Position numbers and translations under genes: made by a program
Shown here: piece after piece, positions 25,186-25,187 of the stretch
Layout: each line of letters opens with the position of its first letter
How positions within the stretch are numbered: the stretch's first letter is position 1
Notes under the pieces: generated by a model
Databases searched by the model: none
What the model was told of the DNA's origin: nothing
What the model saw: only the letters and a program-made list of their open reading frames with translations
Virus record (IMG/VR): IMGVR_UViG_3300047272_000017
Span: 1 to 25,187 of that record
Length of the DNA stretch: 25,187 nucleotides
Strand: one strand, 5' to 3'
From: a virus
Taxonomy: Duplodnaviria > Caudoviricetes

Positions 25186-25187
25186 CC

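Noticed and set aside
1-25187. Stop-codon reassignment (TAG ends only one called gene, at 3409)
   Set aside because: Terminase, portal, MCP and fibre genes are intact under the standard code, so TAG is simply rare.

Overview
This window is the morphogenesis region of a tailed dsDNA phage (probably podovirus-like, infecting a Gram-negative host, since it has spanins). All real genes lie on the minus strand and are tightly coupled. In transcription order (right to left): large terminase (5'-truncated), a ~746-aa mosaic protein, portal, two small ORFs, a GroES-like co-chaperonin behind a three-hairpin leader, scaffold, two head proteins, major capsid protein, decoration-like and small basic head proteins, a head-tail adaptor, a Zn-finger protein, a tail fibre/receptor-binding block, an 8-gene lysis cassette (GH19 endolysin, embedded Rz/Rz1 spanins, extra membrane proteins and a second lipoprotein), a second adaptor and a 3'-truncated tail protein. 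The most striking unexplained signal is a short motif, [FYMLK]-[AK]-x-G-G-x-[VI] (e.g. KKGGKV, FAKGGKV), present in about 20 copies across four otherwise unrelated head-region proteins, where it sits at module junctions. It is a candidate shared capsid-targeting or maturation-cleavage tag. An acidic DGSAxV motif shared by portal and scaffold, and a 17-bp palindrome present twice, are also notable. All family assignments come from motif recognition by eye, not from database searches.
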